A DNA stretch of 64,000 nucleotides from positions 33,889 through 97,888 of the forward strand of contig JAEHCQ010000003.1 in assembly GCA_020696385.1 (NCBI GenBank). The letters are read 5' to 3'. The position numbers were made by a program, and so were the translations under genes. The stretch comes from Methanobacteriota archaeon (GTDB lineage Archaea > Thermoplasmatota > Thermoplasmata > SG8-5 > JAGLSY01). Position 1 is the first letter of the stretch; each line of letters opens with the position of its first letter. The notes under the pieces are model-generated. The model searched no databases and was not told the DNA's origin. It saw only the letters and a program-made list of their open reading frames with translations. Shown one piece after another: positions 20,930 through 32,061 of this stretch.

Positions 20930-23900
20930 ATGAAGAAATTTAGTGTAACCTTGTTAGTGCTAGTAATGATAATGTCCAGCATGGTTCCTATTGTGGGAGC
21001 CAGCGGACAAGATATCGAGACAGTTCCAAATGCAGATCCAAGTCTTGTGGCAGAATGGAACTTCGATGAGGATGCTGGCCAGTGGGTGAATGATACTAGT
21101 GGTAATGACAATAACGGAACTCTTGGAGCAGACGCTGGCTCTGCCGGAGATGATCCCTCTTGGACCACAGGCATATCTGGAACTGCACTTAACTTCGATG
21201 GTATTGATGATTTTGTTAGTGTGGACCATGACCCAACTCTTGATCTTACAACATCCATGACCATATCTGCTTGGATATATGCGGATGATTATGGACAAGG
21301 ACATGCGAGAATTGTGGAAAAATCAGGAACTACCGATTCTATTTGGGTTTTTGGAATTAACTCAAATTGTGTATATTATGGAATATTCAAAGGAGGGGGG
21401 CAGACATATTTTAACAATGCAGGGACGCTGACAAATGGTAATTGGCATCATTTAGTCGGAACCTGGGATGGTTCAACCATGAGGGCTTATGTCGATGGAA
21501 TTGATACCGGGGTCACAGCATCACTGACTTCACCATGTGATAGCTCTGTTCAGCCAATTACATTTGGCAAAAGGGTAGCTCCCACTAATCTTGCATATTT
21601 CAATGGCATCATCGATGAGGCAAAAATATGGGATAGAGCTTTGGATCCAACAGAAGTAATGGACAGTTACGCATCTATCGCAGTATCATATAATATAACA
21701 AATATTTTCCAACTTCAGAATATGAGCATTGACTTAGCTGGCAATTATACTTTAATGAATGACATCGATGCCAGTGTTACCTCCACTTGGAATGGTGGAT
21801 CTGGCTTTGAGCCTGTAGGGACAACTGGGGCCGGGTTCACTGGAAATTTTGATGGAGCTGGTTTTGAAATATCAGATATATTCATCAACCGTCCCCTGAC
21901 AGACTATGCTGGGCTGTTCGGATATATGGATACTGGCAGCGCAATTACTAATGTTGGGATCGTAAACGCCAATATAACAGGCGGCGTCTTTGTTGGTGCG
22001 CTGGCGGGGGAGAAATGGAGCGGAACCACCATAAGCAATTGCTACAGTACGGGCAGCATGGTGAGTGTCAGCATCTCTCCGAACTCTATCGTTGGCGGAC
22101 TGGTGGGACGAAACCAGGGCTTCATCAACAGTTCGTACAGCACGGCAAGTGCGACCGGCAATTTTGACAATGCTGGCGGACTGGTTGGTATAAATGACGT
22201 TGGAACCATCAACAATTGCTACAGCTGGGGCGCAGCTTCCGGCAATTGGAATGTCGGTGGACTGGCAGGTACGAACTACGGGACCATCATCAATTCATAC
22301 AGCAAAGGAACCGCGACAATCACGGGCTCCAATGTCGGCGGGCTGGTTGGCAATAGCATCGGCGGCACAGTAACCAGTTCCTACTGGGATACTATGACAT
22401 CGACACGACCAACAAGCGATGGCGGAACCGGAAAAATCACTGCCGAAATGATGAGCCAGGCAACGTTTGACCCGCCATGGGACTTCAATACCATCTGGGG
22501 AATTGCAGAGGGCAGTACCTACCCTTATCTGAAAGTTACAGCACCTGGGCCAGTTCTTAATGTCAATACAATGGAAAATTTCACAACCATTCAAGAGGCT
22601 ATCGATGCCGTGAACACAACCGACGGTCATACGATAACTGTTGATACTGGCACATATCTTGAAAATGTGGTCATCAACAAGTCCATCAGCCTTAGGGGCG
22701 CGGGATATGCAACAACAATAATCGACGGCCAGCTGCTCGGTGATGTGGTCCTCATCACATCAGACTGGGTAAACTTATCCGGCTTTTCAATGATTAATGC
22801 TGGAGCCGGTGCATGGGATTGGGCTGGTATAGAGCTCGACAATGTTCAGTACTGTAATATATCGGAGAACCGGCCACACCATATGGATTGGGAAGGAATT
22901 TATCTTGAGAATTCTGATTACAATACCCTTTACAATAATTATGTGGATAATAATGGAAGGGGTATGTTCATAAGAGACTCGAATTGGAACGACATCCTGG
23001 ATAATACTGTTGTCGATAATGATTATTCGGTCATGGTGCTGACATGGATTATCGGCTCCAATGACAATACTCTGATTGGAAACATAATAAATGACAATGA
23101 CTACGGTCTATCCATCTCCACCTCCAGAAACACAGTAACTGGCAATAAGTTCTCTGCCAATTACTGGTACAATATTAAAATATCAGGTGGAGGAAATTCC
23201 AATGTGATCTCTCATAATTACATCAATAATACCATTAACGGCGGAACAGACGGGGCCATATATCTTACCAATGCCGGGGCAAACACCATCCATGACAATT
23301 ATATTTTCAATAATCGGTTTGCTCTGATCTTATACCAAACATCAGGTTGCCAGGTATATGACAATCAAATGCTTTCAAATACCGAAGGGATCTTTATCCA
23401 GTATGCACACAACAATGATATCACTGGAAATGTAATATCAAACTCGGTTGTCGGCTTCAGGGCATGGAGTGATTGCAGTGGCAACTACATTGTGAATAAT
23501 AATATCACTGGAAGTACCAACAAGGGATTAGAGTTTGATTCCTCAACACTGAACAATTATATTTACCACAATAATATAATCGGAAATGTACTCCAAGCAG
23601 AAGATAATGGCGCGAGCTTCTGGAATGATAGCTTCCCATCCGGCGGAAACTACTGGTCGGACTGGATAGCTCCAGACGCGATGGGAGGGTTGTATCAGGA
23701 TATTCCGGGAGCCGACGGGATCGTTGATAACCCCTACTCCGTGCCAGGCGGCGGGAACCAGGACGATCATCCTGTCACAAGCCCAGACGGATGGACATCA
23801 ATAATCGCGATGGGGCCGGTACAGAATGTTAATACTGGCGAGAACTTCACAACCATCCAGGAAGCCATTGATGACGCAAATACGCTGGATGGACACACGA

Positions 23901-26900
23901 TAACCGTGGACAGCGGTACTTATGTTGAGAATGTGCTGGTCAATAAGGAATTGACCATTATTGGAAATGGCACTGCAAACACGATCGTCGATGGTGCAGG
24001 CAATAACAATGAGGATGTATTCTTTGTCACTGCAGATAATGTGATGATAACAAATATGAACATAACAAATGGCGGGACCATCGCGGGAGATGCTGGGGTC
24101 GAGGTCAGTGCATCCCATTGTATCATCCAGAATATCAGCTTTGACAATTTCCCATGGGGAGCTGTCAGGCCTCTTGGCGCTGACAATATCACCATAAGGA
24201 ACAATGTGATCACTGGAACAAGCTATTGTGTTTACATTCAATGGAGTGATTACTGTGAGGTCTATGATAATAACATATCGGGAAACAGCCAGGATGCAAT
24301 TTCATTTCAGAATTCCAATTGGAACACTGTGAGAGATAATGAGGTATGGCTGAACGCGGGTTCTGGATTATGGGTGCAGAGTTCTAAGAACAATACATTT
24401 GCCAACAATACACTGGCTCTGAATATTTATGGCATGGACTTCAGTTCAGATTCAGATAATTCAATGATAATTGATAATGATGTAATATCCAATACCTTCA
24501 GCGGGATAAATATATGGTCATCAGACTGGTGCCATATTCAGAACAATACGATATCTGGAAATGATTATGGAGTGAGTATTGGAAATTCCAATAATTGCAC
24601 TATCCTTGAAAATACCATATCTGGCGGCTCCTTTGCCATAAATCTGAACGGATGCTCTGAAACCGATGTCATGGAAAATAATGTAGCAGATTCAAACTAT
24701 GGTATTCAGGCAGATAATTCAAACACAATATTGATAGATGACAATGATATTTATATGACCATTACAAGGGCCATATATTTCTTATCTGGCTCGCATAATA
24801 GCACGGTCACAAACAATCGCATTGATGATTCTGCTGGCCACGGCATCTTCATGTCCGATTCGGCCTACATAACACTGACCAACAATACCATCAGGAACTG
24901 TACAAGCATGAATTGGGCTGGAATTGTGTACTGGAATACGATCTTCACCAATGTATCGAACAACAAGCTACACCACAATTATTGGGGTATCGTGGTCCAG
25001 GGCCAGTCAACTGATAATGATTTCTGGAACAATGAGATAAGGTGGAGTGATCAGCATGGGATCTGGTCAAAGGATGTCGGTGGAAGCCAGGAAAGGAACA
25101 GGTACATTGGAAACAATATCACAGAGAATGGTGTTGGGAACTTATGCGACGGTATCTATCTGGAAGGAATAGATGGTGATAACAATACTGTCGCAGGGAA
25201 CTGGGTCGCGAACAATGGCCGGAATGGTATTAAAATTCAAAACTCCGCAGGCCATCATATATCAGACAATACGATCCTTGACAATACCGGGAATGGTATC
25301 ATGCTAGAGGACTCAGAATGGAACACATTGAATGGCAACAATATATCCCATCACATGAACACAGACCCCAGGGGTATTCTCCTGGACAATAGCCAATGGA
25401 ACATGATAACTAACAACACACTATGGGACAATGGTGATGTGATATGCCTCTTCTGGACATCACAGAACAACACAGTAAAATTCAATGAGATACACGAGGC
25501 TCCTGGCCAGGGGATATATGTGGGAACTGGTTCCACTAACAATATCTTTGAACAGAACACGATCTCCAATATCAACAGTGCTGGAATATATATCCAGTCA
25601 GATGATAATGATATTATTGAAAATAGTTTCTCTTTGGGAACATCCTTTAATGTGTATCTGGACGATTGCAGCGGTGTAACTGTCAGTGGAAATGATATGA
25701 TCGATGGTAGCTTTGGAGTATATGCCACAGACGCACCAAATAACATTGTCGAAGGAAACAATATATCCAATTTAGGGAAAGCTATCTATGCTGAAAACTC
25801 AGATTACATGATGATCGACAATAATGATATGTTCAATAACAATATGGCGATCCATATCTTATCCAGCTCTTTCGATTGCACTGCAAAGAACAACCGAATT
25901 GATGGTTCAACTTCCTACAGCATTGGGATCGAAAACTCTGGCCGCATTGATCTGATGAACAATACCATCCAAAATGGTGTTGCAGGAACAAGCTGGGCGA
26001 TCTTCTTGTGGAACACCAACTGGATCAATATATCGGAAAATACAATGTTCAATAATGAAGGCGGAATAAGGATGCAGTCGAATTGTCACAATAACACAAT
26101 CTGGGACAATATCATATCCAGTAATGTAAATGGCATTTACCTGGAATTGACAAGAGACTGTAGTATCTACCACAATGACTTCATTGCCAATACCATCCAG
26201 GCCTATGATGATAGCTGGGGCAATAACTCCTGGGACAATGGCTACCCATCTGGCGGTAATTACTGGAGTGATTATGGAGGTGCAGATGTCATGTGTGGAC
26301 CATTGCAGGATACCTGGGGTAGTGACAGCCTGGGCGACACCCCATACACAAGTATCATCAGTGGAACAAATCAGGATAATTACCCGCTCTTGCACCCATC
26401 AAACTACATAGATGCTGTCGATCCAGTATCGCAGATCGACACAATATCACCCTATTGGTGGAATATCTCACCATTCGCAATAACCGCGAATGTCAGCGAC
26501 CCAGGAAGCGGAATTGACCACATCGAACTCTGGTACAGTTACGAGGGTGGCGCATGGACCTTCTTCGGCAACACGACCAGCTTTTCATGGACATGGGATT
26601 TCACATGGCCTGATGGAGAAGGGGATTATGATTTCTACTCCATTGCCATTGATAATTCTGCCAATGTCGAGAATGCTCCTGGTATCGCGGATGCAGGAGC
26701 TTATTATGATAGCACTGCTCCGATCATCAGTGCAGGGGATGATACAACTATCAACTCGGCCTATCAGCAGGATTCCTCCTACTTCGAGATAGGATCTGGC
26801 ATAGGCAATAATTCATGGACTGTTTTATCTGGCCCAGGCAATATCACTTTCACAAGCCAGTGGTCGGAAGATCCGTGGATCAGCGCGGACATGGATGGCC

Positions 26901-28741
26901 TATACATACTGCAACTGAACGCAACAGACAATGCAGGCAACTGGGCTGTGAGCAATTTCACGCTATTATGGGATACGGTCGCACCAGTCGCGACTGTCGG
27001 AATAGACATTGACACCAGTGTACAGATCTTCAAGGACGCCTTCGCCAGTGATATGCTATCTGGAATGGACAATTACACATGGAGCGTGGCTTCAGGATCT
27101 GGCAATATCACTTTCTCAGATGAGTGGTCGCAGGATACGTGGATCAGCGCGGATATGGACGGCGTGTACGTGATACAGCTTAATGTGACAGATATCGCAG
27201 GCAACTGGTTCGTGGATGAGTTCATACTTAGATGGGACACAACGGCTCCAAATGTAGATGCAGGAATTGACATCCAGACCAATGCCCAGGAATTCAGAAA
27301 TGCCTTTGCTGACGATGCCACGTCGGGGATCGCCAGTTATGAGTGGTCCATGGTATCTGGCCCTGGAAATCTAACCTTCGGAACGCCAGATGCAGAGGAC
27401 ACCACCATCCAGGCAGATACGGATGGTGTTTATATCGTGCGGCTCACGGTCACGGACAATGCAGACAATATTGGATGGAGCGAATTCAATATGACATGGG
27501 ATCAAACATCTCCAGAAGTATCGGTCAGTATCAATGGGTCAGCCTTCCAATCAGACCAGTATTATATGACTGGATCGACGAATATCAGCCTGGATGCCTT
27601 TGATAATACAACTGGCATTGATGAGGTATGGTACAGGGTGTTCGACGATAGTGGTGGATGGACAAACTGGATTCAATTCACAATCAATTTCACCCTGGGA
27701 CAATATGTGTCTAATGGATTCTGTTACCTGGAATACAATGTAACAGATAATGTGGGAAATATACGATCTGGCAATACATCATTCTTCATTGATGATGCTG
27801 CACCTACCACGACCATTGATTTTGGTGATTCTATGTTCATCAATTCCCAGCAAAACATCAACCTAACAGCTGTGGATGATGGAGCTGGACTAAGCGCGAT
27901 ATGGTATCGGGTTTGGATAGATAATGGTAATAACTGGCAACCCTGGGATGAATATTCAGATGAGTTCAACCTCCCGGATAATGAAGCTGATGATCGAGTA
28001 TGTTATATCGAATTCTACTCAATTGACAAACTTGGAAATAATGAGGGAGTTCACAACCAAACTATATTCCTGGATATCACCGGACCAGAGATATATGAAA
28101 TAAGCCCAATTGCAGGAGAGGCTGGAGTGTCGGTAAATACCACGATCCAGATAACATTTGATGAAGAAATGGATCCATTATCCGTGATCTCTGCGATCCA
28201 GATCTCACCTTCCATAGATTATGATATAGAATGGATAGGACCTAATGTTTCAATCATTCTGACCCCATTGGAGCTACTTGATAATGGAACACTGTACACG
28301 ATCACAATAGGGAATACGATCATGGATATTGCAGGCAATACAATGGAAAATGACTTCATATTCCATTTCTCGACCCAGGTGGACACGGACGGAGATGAAA
28401 TACCTGATGACACAGACCCGGATGATGATGATGTAATTCCAGATGATCCAGACGATGATGATCCGTTGGATCCGGATGATAGCGATGATGATGAGCCAAT
28501 TACAGACGATCCAGACTTCAACTTCATGTGGATCATAATCATATTGATCGCCGCCCTGGTAATTGGCGCACAACTCTTCCTAATGAAGGGAAAGAAGCAA
28601 GATGATGAGGATGAAGTATCTGATGAAGAACCAGATAACGAAGAGGATGAGATAGAGGAAGATGAAGGAGAAGAAAAAGAGGAAACAGATGAAAGTCAGG
28701 CAGTGGAAGAAGATGTGGAAGGGGAGATCCCTGAAAGCTGA
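20930..28741 (+). CDS. giant cell-surface protein (2604 aa): signal peptide, LamG/ConA-like domain, GLUG repeats, multiple right-handed beta-helix (NosD/pectate-lyase-like) modules, PKD/Ig-like repeats, acidic repeats, C-terminal TM anchor + acidic tail
   Basis: SD aggtgaggg precedes ATG 20930; the ORF track's GTG 20921 is less likely. The N-terminal Laminin_G_3-like block runs LVAEWNFDEDAG...GTALNFDGIDDFVSVDH...ISAWIY...GNWHHLVGTWDG...YVDG. Then come GLUG units (AGGLVGINDVG, NVGGLAGTNYG). Several beta-helix modules each open with FTTIQEAID..TDGHTITVD.GTY.ENV and contain many NNxIxxN rungs, with GGNYWSDW motifs. Three ~95-aa PKD-like repeats (W.V.SGPGNITF...DMDG.Y..QLN.TD.AGNW) follow. The tail is acidic (DTDGDEIPDDTDPDDDDVIPDDPDDDDPLDPDDSDDDEP). 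The TM segment is FMWIIIILIAALVIGAQLFLM, followed by a Glu/Asp-rich cytoplasmic tail. Confidence 0.85.
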   Translation: MKKFSVTLLVLVMIMSSMVPIVGASGQDIETVPNADPSLVAEWNFDEDAGQWVNDTSGNDNNGTLGADAGSAGDDPSWTTGISGTALNFDGIDDFVSVDHDPTLDLTTSMTISAWIYADDYGQGHARIVEKSGTTDSIWVFGINSNCVYYGIFKGGGQTYFNNAGTLTNGNWHHLVGTWDGSTMRAYVDGIDTGVTASLTSPCDSSVQPITFGKRVAPTNLAYFNGIIDEAKIWDRALDPTEVMDSYASIAVSYNITNIFQLQNMSIDLAGNYTLMNDIDASVTSTWNGGSGFEPVGTTGAGFTGNFDGAGFEISDIFINRPLTDYAGLFGYMDTGSAITNVGIVNANITGGVFVGALAGEKWSGTTISNCYSTGSMVSVSISPNSIVGGLVGRNQGFINSSYSTASATGNFDNAGGLVGINDVGTINNCYSWGAASGNWNVGGLAGTNYGTIINSYSKGTATITGSNVGGLVGNSIGGTVTSSYWDTMTSTRPTSDGGTGKITAEMMSQATFDPPWDFNTIWGIAEGSTYPYLKVTAPGPVLNVNTMENFTTIQEAIDAVNTTDGHTITVDTGTYLENVVINKSISLRGAGYATTIIDGQLLGDVVLITSDWVNLSGFSMINAGAGAWDWAGIELDNVQYCNISENRPHHMDWEGIYLENSDYNTLYNNYVDNNGRGMFIRDSNWNDILDNTVVDNDYSVMVLTWIIGSNDNTLIGNIINDNDYGLSISTSRNTVTGNKFSANYWYNIKISGGGNSNVISHNYINNTINGGTDGAIYLTNAGANTIHDNYIFNNRFALILYQTSGCQVYDNQMLSNTEGIFIQYAHNNDITGNVISNSVVGFRAWSDCSGNYIVNNNITGSTNKGLEFDSSTLNNYIYHNNIIGNVLQAEDNGASFWNDSFPSGGNYWSDWIAPDAMGGLYQDIPGADGIVDNPYSVPGGGNQDDHPVTSPDGWTSIIAMGPVQNVNTGENFTTIQEAIDDANTLDGHTITVDSGTYVENVLVNKELTIIGNGTANTIVDGAGNNNEDVFFVTADNVMITNMNITNGGTIAGDAGVEVSASHCIIQNISFDNFPWGAVRPLGADNITIRNNVITGTSYCVYIQWSDYCEVYDNNISGNSQDAISFQNSNWNTVRDNEVWLNAGSGLWVQSSKNNTFANNTLALNIYGMDFSSDSDNSMIIDNDVISNTFSGINIWSSDWCHIQNNTISGNDYGVSIGNSNNCTILENTISGGSFAINLNGCSETDVMENNVADSNYGIQADNSNTILIDDNDIYMTITRAIYFLSGSHNSTVTNNRIDDSAGHGIFMSDSAYITLTNNTIRNCTSMNWAGIVYWNTIFTNVSNNKLHHNYWGIVVQGQSTDNDFWNNEIRWSDQHGIWSKDVGGSQERNRYIGNNITENGVGNLCDGIYLEGIDGDNNTVAGNWVANNGRNGIKIQNSAGHHISDNTILDNTGNGIMLEDSEWNTLNGNNISHHMNTDPRGILLDNSQWNMITNNTLWDNGDVICLFWTSQNNTVKFNEIHEAPGQGIYVGTGSTNNIFEQNTISNINSAGIYIQSDDNDIIENSFSLGTSFNVYLDDCSGVTVSGNDMIDGSFGVYATDAPNNIVEGNNISNLGKAIYAENSDYMMIDNNDMFNNNMAIHILSSSFDCTAKNNRIDGSTSYSIGIENSGRIDLMNNTIQNGVAGTSWAIFLWNTNWINISENTMFNNEGGIRMQSNCHNNTIWDNIISSNVNGIYLELTRDCSIYHNDFIANTIQAYDDSWGNNSWDNGYPSGGNYWSDYGGADVMCGPLQDTWGSDSLGDTPYTSIISGTNQDNYPLLHPSNYIDAVDPVSQIDTISPYWWNISPFAITANVSDPGSGIDHIELWYSYEGGAWTFFGNTTSFSWTWDFTWPDGEGDYDFYSIAIDNSANVENAPGIADAGAYYDSTAPIISAGDDTTINSAYQQDSSYFEIGSGIGNNSWTVLSGPGNITFTSQWSEDPWISADMDGLYILQLNATDNAGNWAVSNFTLLWDTVAPVATVGIDIDTSVQIFKDAFASDMLSGMDNYTWSVASGSGNITFSDEWSQDTWISADMDGVYVIQLNVTDIAGNWFVDEFILRWDTTAPNVDAGIDIQTNAQEFRNAFADDATSGIASYEWSMVSGPGNLTFGTPDAEDTTIQADTDGVYIVRLTVTDNADNIGWSEFNMTWDQTSPEVSVSINGSAFQSDQYYMTGSTNISLDAFDNTTGIDEVWYRVFDDSGGWTNWIQFTINFTLGQYVSNGFCYLEYNVTDNVGNIRSGNTSFFIDDAAPTTTIDFGDSMFINSQQNINLTAVDDGAGLSAIWYRVWIDNGNNWQPWDEYSDEFNLPDNEADDRVCYIEFYSIDKLGNNEGVHNQTIFLDITGPEIYEISPIAGEAGVSVNTTIQITFDEEMDPLSVISAIQISPSIDYDIEWIGPNVSIILTPLELLDNGTLYTITIGNTIMDIAGNTMENDFIFHFSTQVDTDGDEIPDDTDPDDDDVIPDDPDDDDPLDPDDSDDDEPITDDPDFNFMWIIIILIAALVIGAQLFLMKGKKQDDEDEVSDEEPDNEEDEIEEDEGEEKEETDESQAVEEDVEGEIPES

Positions 28742-28801
28742 TTATTAGCTTTCAGTATCCCATCTTCTGAGCATCGATCAAGATCCAATACCCTGGCATC
28801 T

Positions 28802-29251
28802 CTATTTATCAAGAACAGGAAGTCTCACTTCCTCTTTCACTATGTTCAGAACTATCTGGGTGTATGTTCTCTCCACGAATTCCATACTGGATATCCACTT
28901 GATGAACTTGTTCAATTCGCGGCGGTTATGGAACCTGGCCACGATCATCGAGTCCCAATCCCCAGTGATATCATAGACATTGACAACATTGGAATTCTTT
29001 GAGATATTATCTTGGACGGAAATCATTTTTCCCCTGGATATCCGCATTCCAATGACAGCCAGCAGATCGAATCCGAACTTCTGCGGATCGAGAACTGGCG
29101 CATAGCCCTTGATGACTCCATCATCTTCCATCCTGCGCACGCGGTTGGCCACAGTGCTCATGGAAACACCCAGCTCCTTCGCCATCTGCCTGAAGCTCTT
29201 TCGGGCATTCTCATTCATAGACGCGATTATTTTGAGATCGAGATCATCCAT
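28802..29251 (-). CDS. lrp: Lrp/AsnC-family transcriptional regulator
   Basis: 149 aa with HTH (LDLKIIASMNENARKSFRQMAKELGVSMSTVANRVRRME) plus a RAM domain. Divergent from glnA, an arrangement seen in other archaea. Confidence 0.85.
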   Translation of the reverse strand: MDDLDLKIIASMNENARKSFRQMAKELGVSMSTVANRVRRMEDDGVIKGYAPVLDPQKFGFDLLAVIGMRISRGKMISVQDNISKNSNVVNVYDITGDWDSMIVARFHNRRELNKFIKWISSMEFVERTYTQIVLNIVKEEVRLPVLDK

Positions 29252-29405
29252 GCAGGATAATGGGCTTTAACATTTATTAAATTAACTGTATATTTTATAT
29301 ATAATTGATTCATTTGACCATTAAATTATGAATATATCATTCAAATGAATCAATTATTTTCAATATATTATAAGTATCATTATTTCATGTTAGGAGAATC
29401 GGTCC

Positions 29406-30755
29406 ATGAGGCCAATAGGGGTGTTGAATATGCACAAGAACATTTCAGAGATATTGGAAGAAGCAAAGAGGGTGAAGCTCGAGAACGTCAGGGTCCAGTT
29501 CACGGACATACTTGGAAACCCAAAGAATATCGTGATACCCGAATGGAGGCTGGAGGAAGCATTGGATGAAGGAATCGCCTTCGATGCATCTTCCATCGAA
29601 GGGTATGCCACCATTGAAGAATCTGACTTGATAGCGAAGCCGGATCTCGGCTCGTGGCAGATATTACCAGAATCATTGGAAAAACGAGTGACAGCCAGGC
29701 TCAACTGCGACATATACCGCACAAATGGCGATAGATACGCCGGAGATCCAAAATACGTGCTTGAAAAAGCGATGAAGAAGGCAAGCGACATGGGCTACTC
29801 TGCGAATTTCGGGCCAGAATGTGAATTTTTCCTGCTAAAGATGGTGGATGGAAAGCCAACTACCATTCCTAATGATACTGGCGGTTACTTCGATCTGTCA
29901 CCTAGAGATCTGGCCGAGAATGTCAGAGGCGATATCTCTGCACTTCTCCAGGAAATGGGATTTCAAGTTTACACCACGCACCATGAAGTTGCTGCTGGCC
30001 AGCATGAAATTAACTTCCAATATTCCGACCCGCTGACAACAGCAGACAGAGTGGTCACGCTGAAGTACGTGTCTAAGATCATTTCACTCAGGAATGATCT
30101 TCACGCCACCTTCATGCCAAAACCGATCCACGGAGAAAATGGAACTGGCATGCACACACATATGTCCTTGGTCGGCAAGGATGGAAACGCCTTCAATGAT
30201 CCTGATGATGAAAATGGGTTGAACAAACTGGCCTACAATTATATCGCGGGTCTTCTGCAATATTCCAAGGAGATGAATCCAATCCTCAACTCATGGGTCA
30301 ATTCCTTCAAAAGACTGGTGCCGGGTTATGAAGCTCCTTGTTACATTGCCTGGGCGACACAGAACCGTTCTGCCTTGATCAGAATTCCAGCCAAGCGTGG
30401 CGGAGGGACCAGGATCGAGCTCAGGAATCCAGATCCTGCGGGAAGTCCGTACCTGCAGTTCGCGGTCATGTTAGCTGCTGGCCTCAAAGGTATTGAGGAC
30501 AATATGCAGCCACCGGAAAGGGTGGAGAAGGACATCTACAAACTGTCGCAGGCGGAGAGAGCGAAATACAATATCGAATCATTGCCGGATAACCTCGGAC
30601 ACTCGCTCACATTCATGGAAAAATCCGAGTTAATGCTGGAGACACTGGGGCCGCATATCTTCAATAATTTCCTGTATTTGAAGAGGAAGGAGTGGGATGA
30701 GTACAGGACTCAGGTGACGGACTGGGAGATAGATCGGTATCTCAGTATATTGTAG
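29406..30755 (+). CDS. glnA: glutamine synthetase, type I
   Basis: GS-I signatures: VQFTDILG, the NFGPECEFFLL beta-grasp region, MPKPIHGENGTGMHTHMSL (ATP-binding), and NSWVNSFKRLVPGYEAP. SD taggaga precedes ATG 29406; ATG 29430 is an alternative start. Confidence 0.9.
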   Translation: MRPIGVLNMHKNISEILEEAKRVKLENVRVQFTDILGNPKNIVIPEWRLEEALDEGIAFDASSIEGYATIEESDLIAKPDLGSWQILPESLEKRVTARLNCDIYRTNGDRYAGDPKYVLEKAMKKASDMGYSANFGPECEFFLLKMVDGKPTTIPNDTGGYFDLSPRDLAENVRGDISALLQEMGFQVYTTHHEVAAGQHEINFQYSDPLTTADRVVTLKYVSKIISLRNDLHATFMPKPIHGENGTGMHTHMSLVGKDGNAFNDPDDENGLNKLAYNYIAGLLQYSKEMNPILNSWVNSFKRLVPGYEAPCYIAWATQNRSALIRIPAKRGGGTRIELRNPDPAGSPYLQFAVMLAAGLKGIEDNMQPPERVEKDIYKLSQAERAKYNIESLPDNLGHSLTFMEKSELMLETLGPHIFNNFLYLKRKEWDEYRTQVTDWEIDRYLSIL

Positions 30756-30794
30756 GCAGACTGGCTACATACTATATTCCATCAAAGGCAACAT

Positions 30795-30842
30795 GCCCCG
30801 TCTGGATGATTCATAAACCATTCATTAGGGCGGGGTTTTATA
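30795..30842 (+). terminator. glnA terminator hairpin + T-tract
   Basis: gccccgtctg-(27 nt)-agggcgggg followed by ttttatatt. Confidence 0.55.
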
Positions 30843-30877
30843 TTCGATGTGCTAGCGGTTGACAAATACCTACTGGC

Positions 30878-30916
30878 ATATATCAAACCCCGCCCCGATC
30901 AAAGCAGGGGCGGGGT
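30878..30916 (-). terminator. cysK terminator hairpin + T-tract (minus strand)
   Basis: ccccgcccc-gatcaaagca-ggggcgggg is a perfect 9-bp stem. The minus-strand RNA is followed by UUUGAUAU. Confidence 0.55.
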
Positions 30917-30955
30917 AGTTTTCATCCTTTCTAAAACCCTAAACACCTCAACCCA

Positions 30956-31855
30956 TCACCCCTCATACAGCCCCGTCGACAGATACTTCTCCCCCCCATC
31001 TGGGAAAAGGGTAAGGATAATTCCCTTACCCTTCGCATTCTCCAACTGGCTGGCTTCCTTCAGGGCAGCGTGTAAAGCACCGCCCGAGCTTATCCCGGCC
31101 AGTATTCCCTCTTTCTTCGCAAGCCGTCTTGCCGTACTGAAGGCCTCCCCCTCACCCACATAAACCGTGCGATCGATAAACTGCCCGTTGTATATCTCCG
31201 GGATGGCCTGGACATCCAGGTTCTTGAGGCCCTGGAGGGTGTCATCTGGTTTGGGCTGAACTCCCACTACCCTGATATCGGGATAAGCCTCTTTCAGACG
31301 CTTTGATAGACCAGTTATCGTACCACCAGTCCCCACACCAGCAACCAAAATATCGATATGTGGAAAGTCCGCGATTATCTCATCCGCGGTGTAGAGATAA
31401 TGCGCCAGTGTATTGCATTCGTTCTTGTATTGATCCAGCATGACCATGCCTTCTTCCCGAACGGCCTTTTCCGCCCTCTGGATACTACCATCCACCCCCT
31501 CTTCTTTCGGAGTCAGGCGCAGCTCCGCACCCAAAGCCTTGAGCATCTTTATTCTCTCGAGACTCATGTTCTCAGGCATATAGAGGATCAGGCGATAGCC
31601 ACGCACTGCCGCTATCATAGCCAGTGCGATCCCCGTATTTCCGCTGGTCGCCTCCACAATTGAGGAATCGGGTTTCAAAAGTCCATCGCGTTCAGCGCAT
31701 CTGACCATCTCCAGGCTAGCTCGGTCTTTCACCGAGCCAGAAGGGTTAAAATCCTCCAGCTTGGCATATACCTCGACATTGCCAAAATGCATATTATTCA
31801 ATCTAACAACGGGCGTCGCACCCACAAGATCCAGCATACTCTCTACTACAACCAT
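30956..31855 (-). CDS. cysK: cysteine synthase (O-acetylserine sulfhydrylase)
   Basis: PLP-fold signatures: LVGATPVVRL, EATSGNTGIALAMIAAVRGYRLILYMPE, and the GVGTGGTITG glycine loop. SD gggagagtg. Confidence 0.85.
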   Translation of the reverse strand: MVVVESMLDLVGATPVVRLNNMHFGNVEVYAKLEDFNPSGSVKDRASLEMVRCAERDGLLKPDSSIVEATSGNTGIALAMIAAVRGYRLILYMPENMSLERIKMLKALGAELRLTPKEEGVDGSIQRAEKAVREEGMVMLDQYKNECNTLAHYLYTADEIIADFPHIDILVAGVGTGGTITGLSKRLKEAYPDIRVVGVQPKPDDTLQGLKNLDVQAIPEIYNGQFIDRTVYVGEGEAFSTARRLAKKEGILAGISSGGALHAALKEASQLENAKGKGIILTLFPDGGEKYLSTGLYEG

Positions 31856-32061
31856 ATATCACACTCTCCCAAAATCAATGAAGGAGGTTTACTCAAGACA
31901 ACAGCCAGCGGATTCGCTCTTCATAACGAAAATTTTGTTGAAGAGCGTACTGTTGGTCATTGAACTGCCAAAAAGAAAAATGTTATTTATAGTTAACCCC
32001 CACTTTTTCTTTGGCTTAAGCTAAATATAGAGAATACTTAACTAGAAAGCTTCTGATATGC

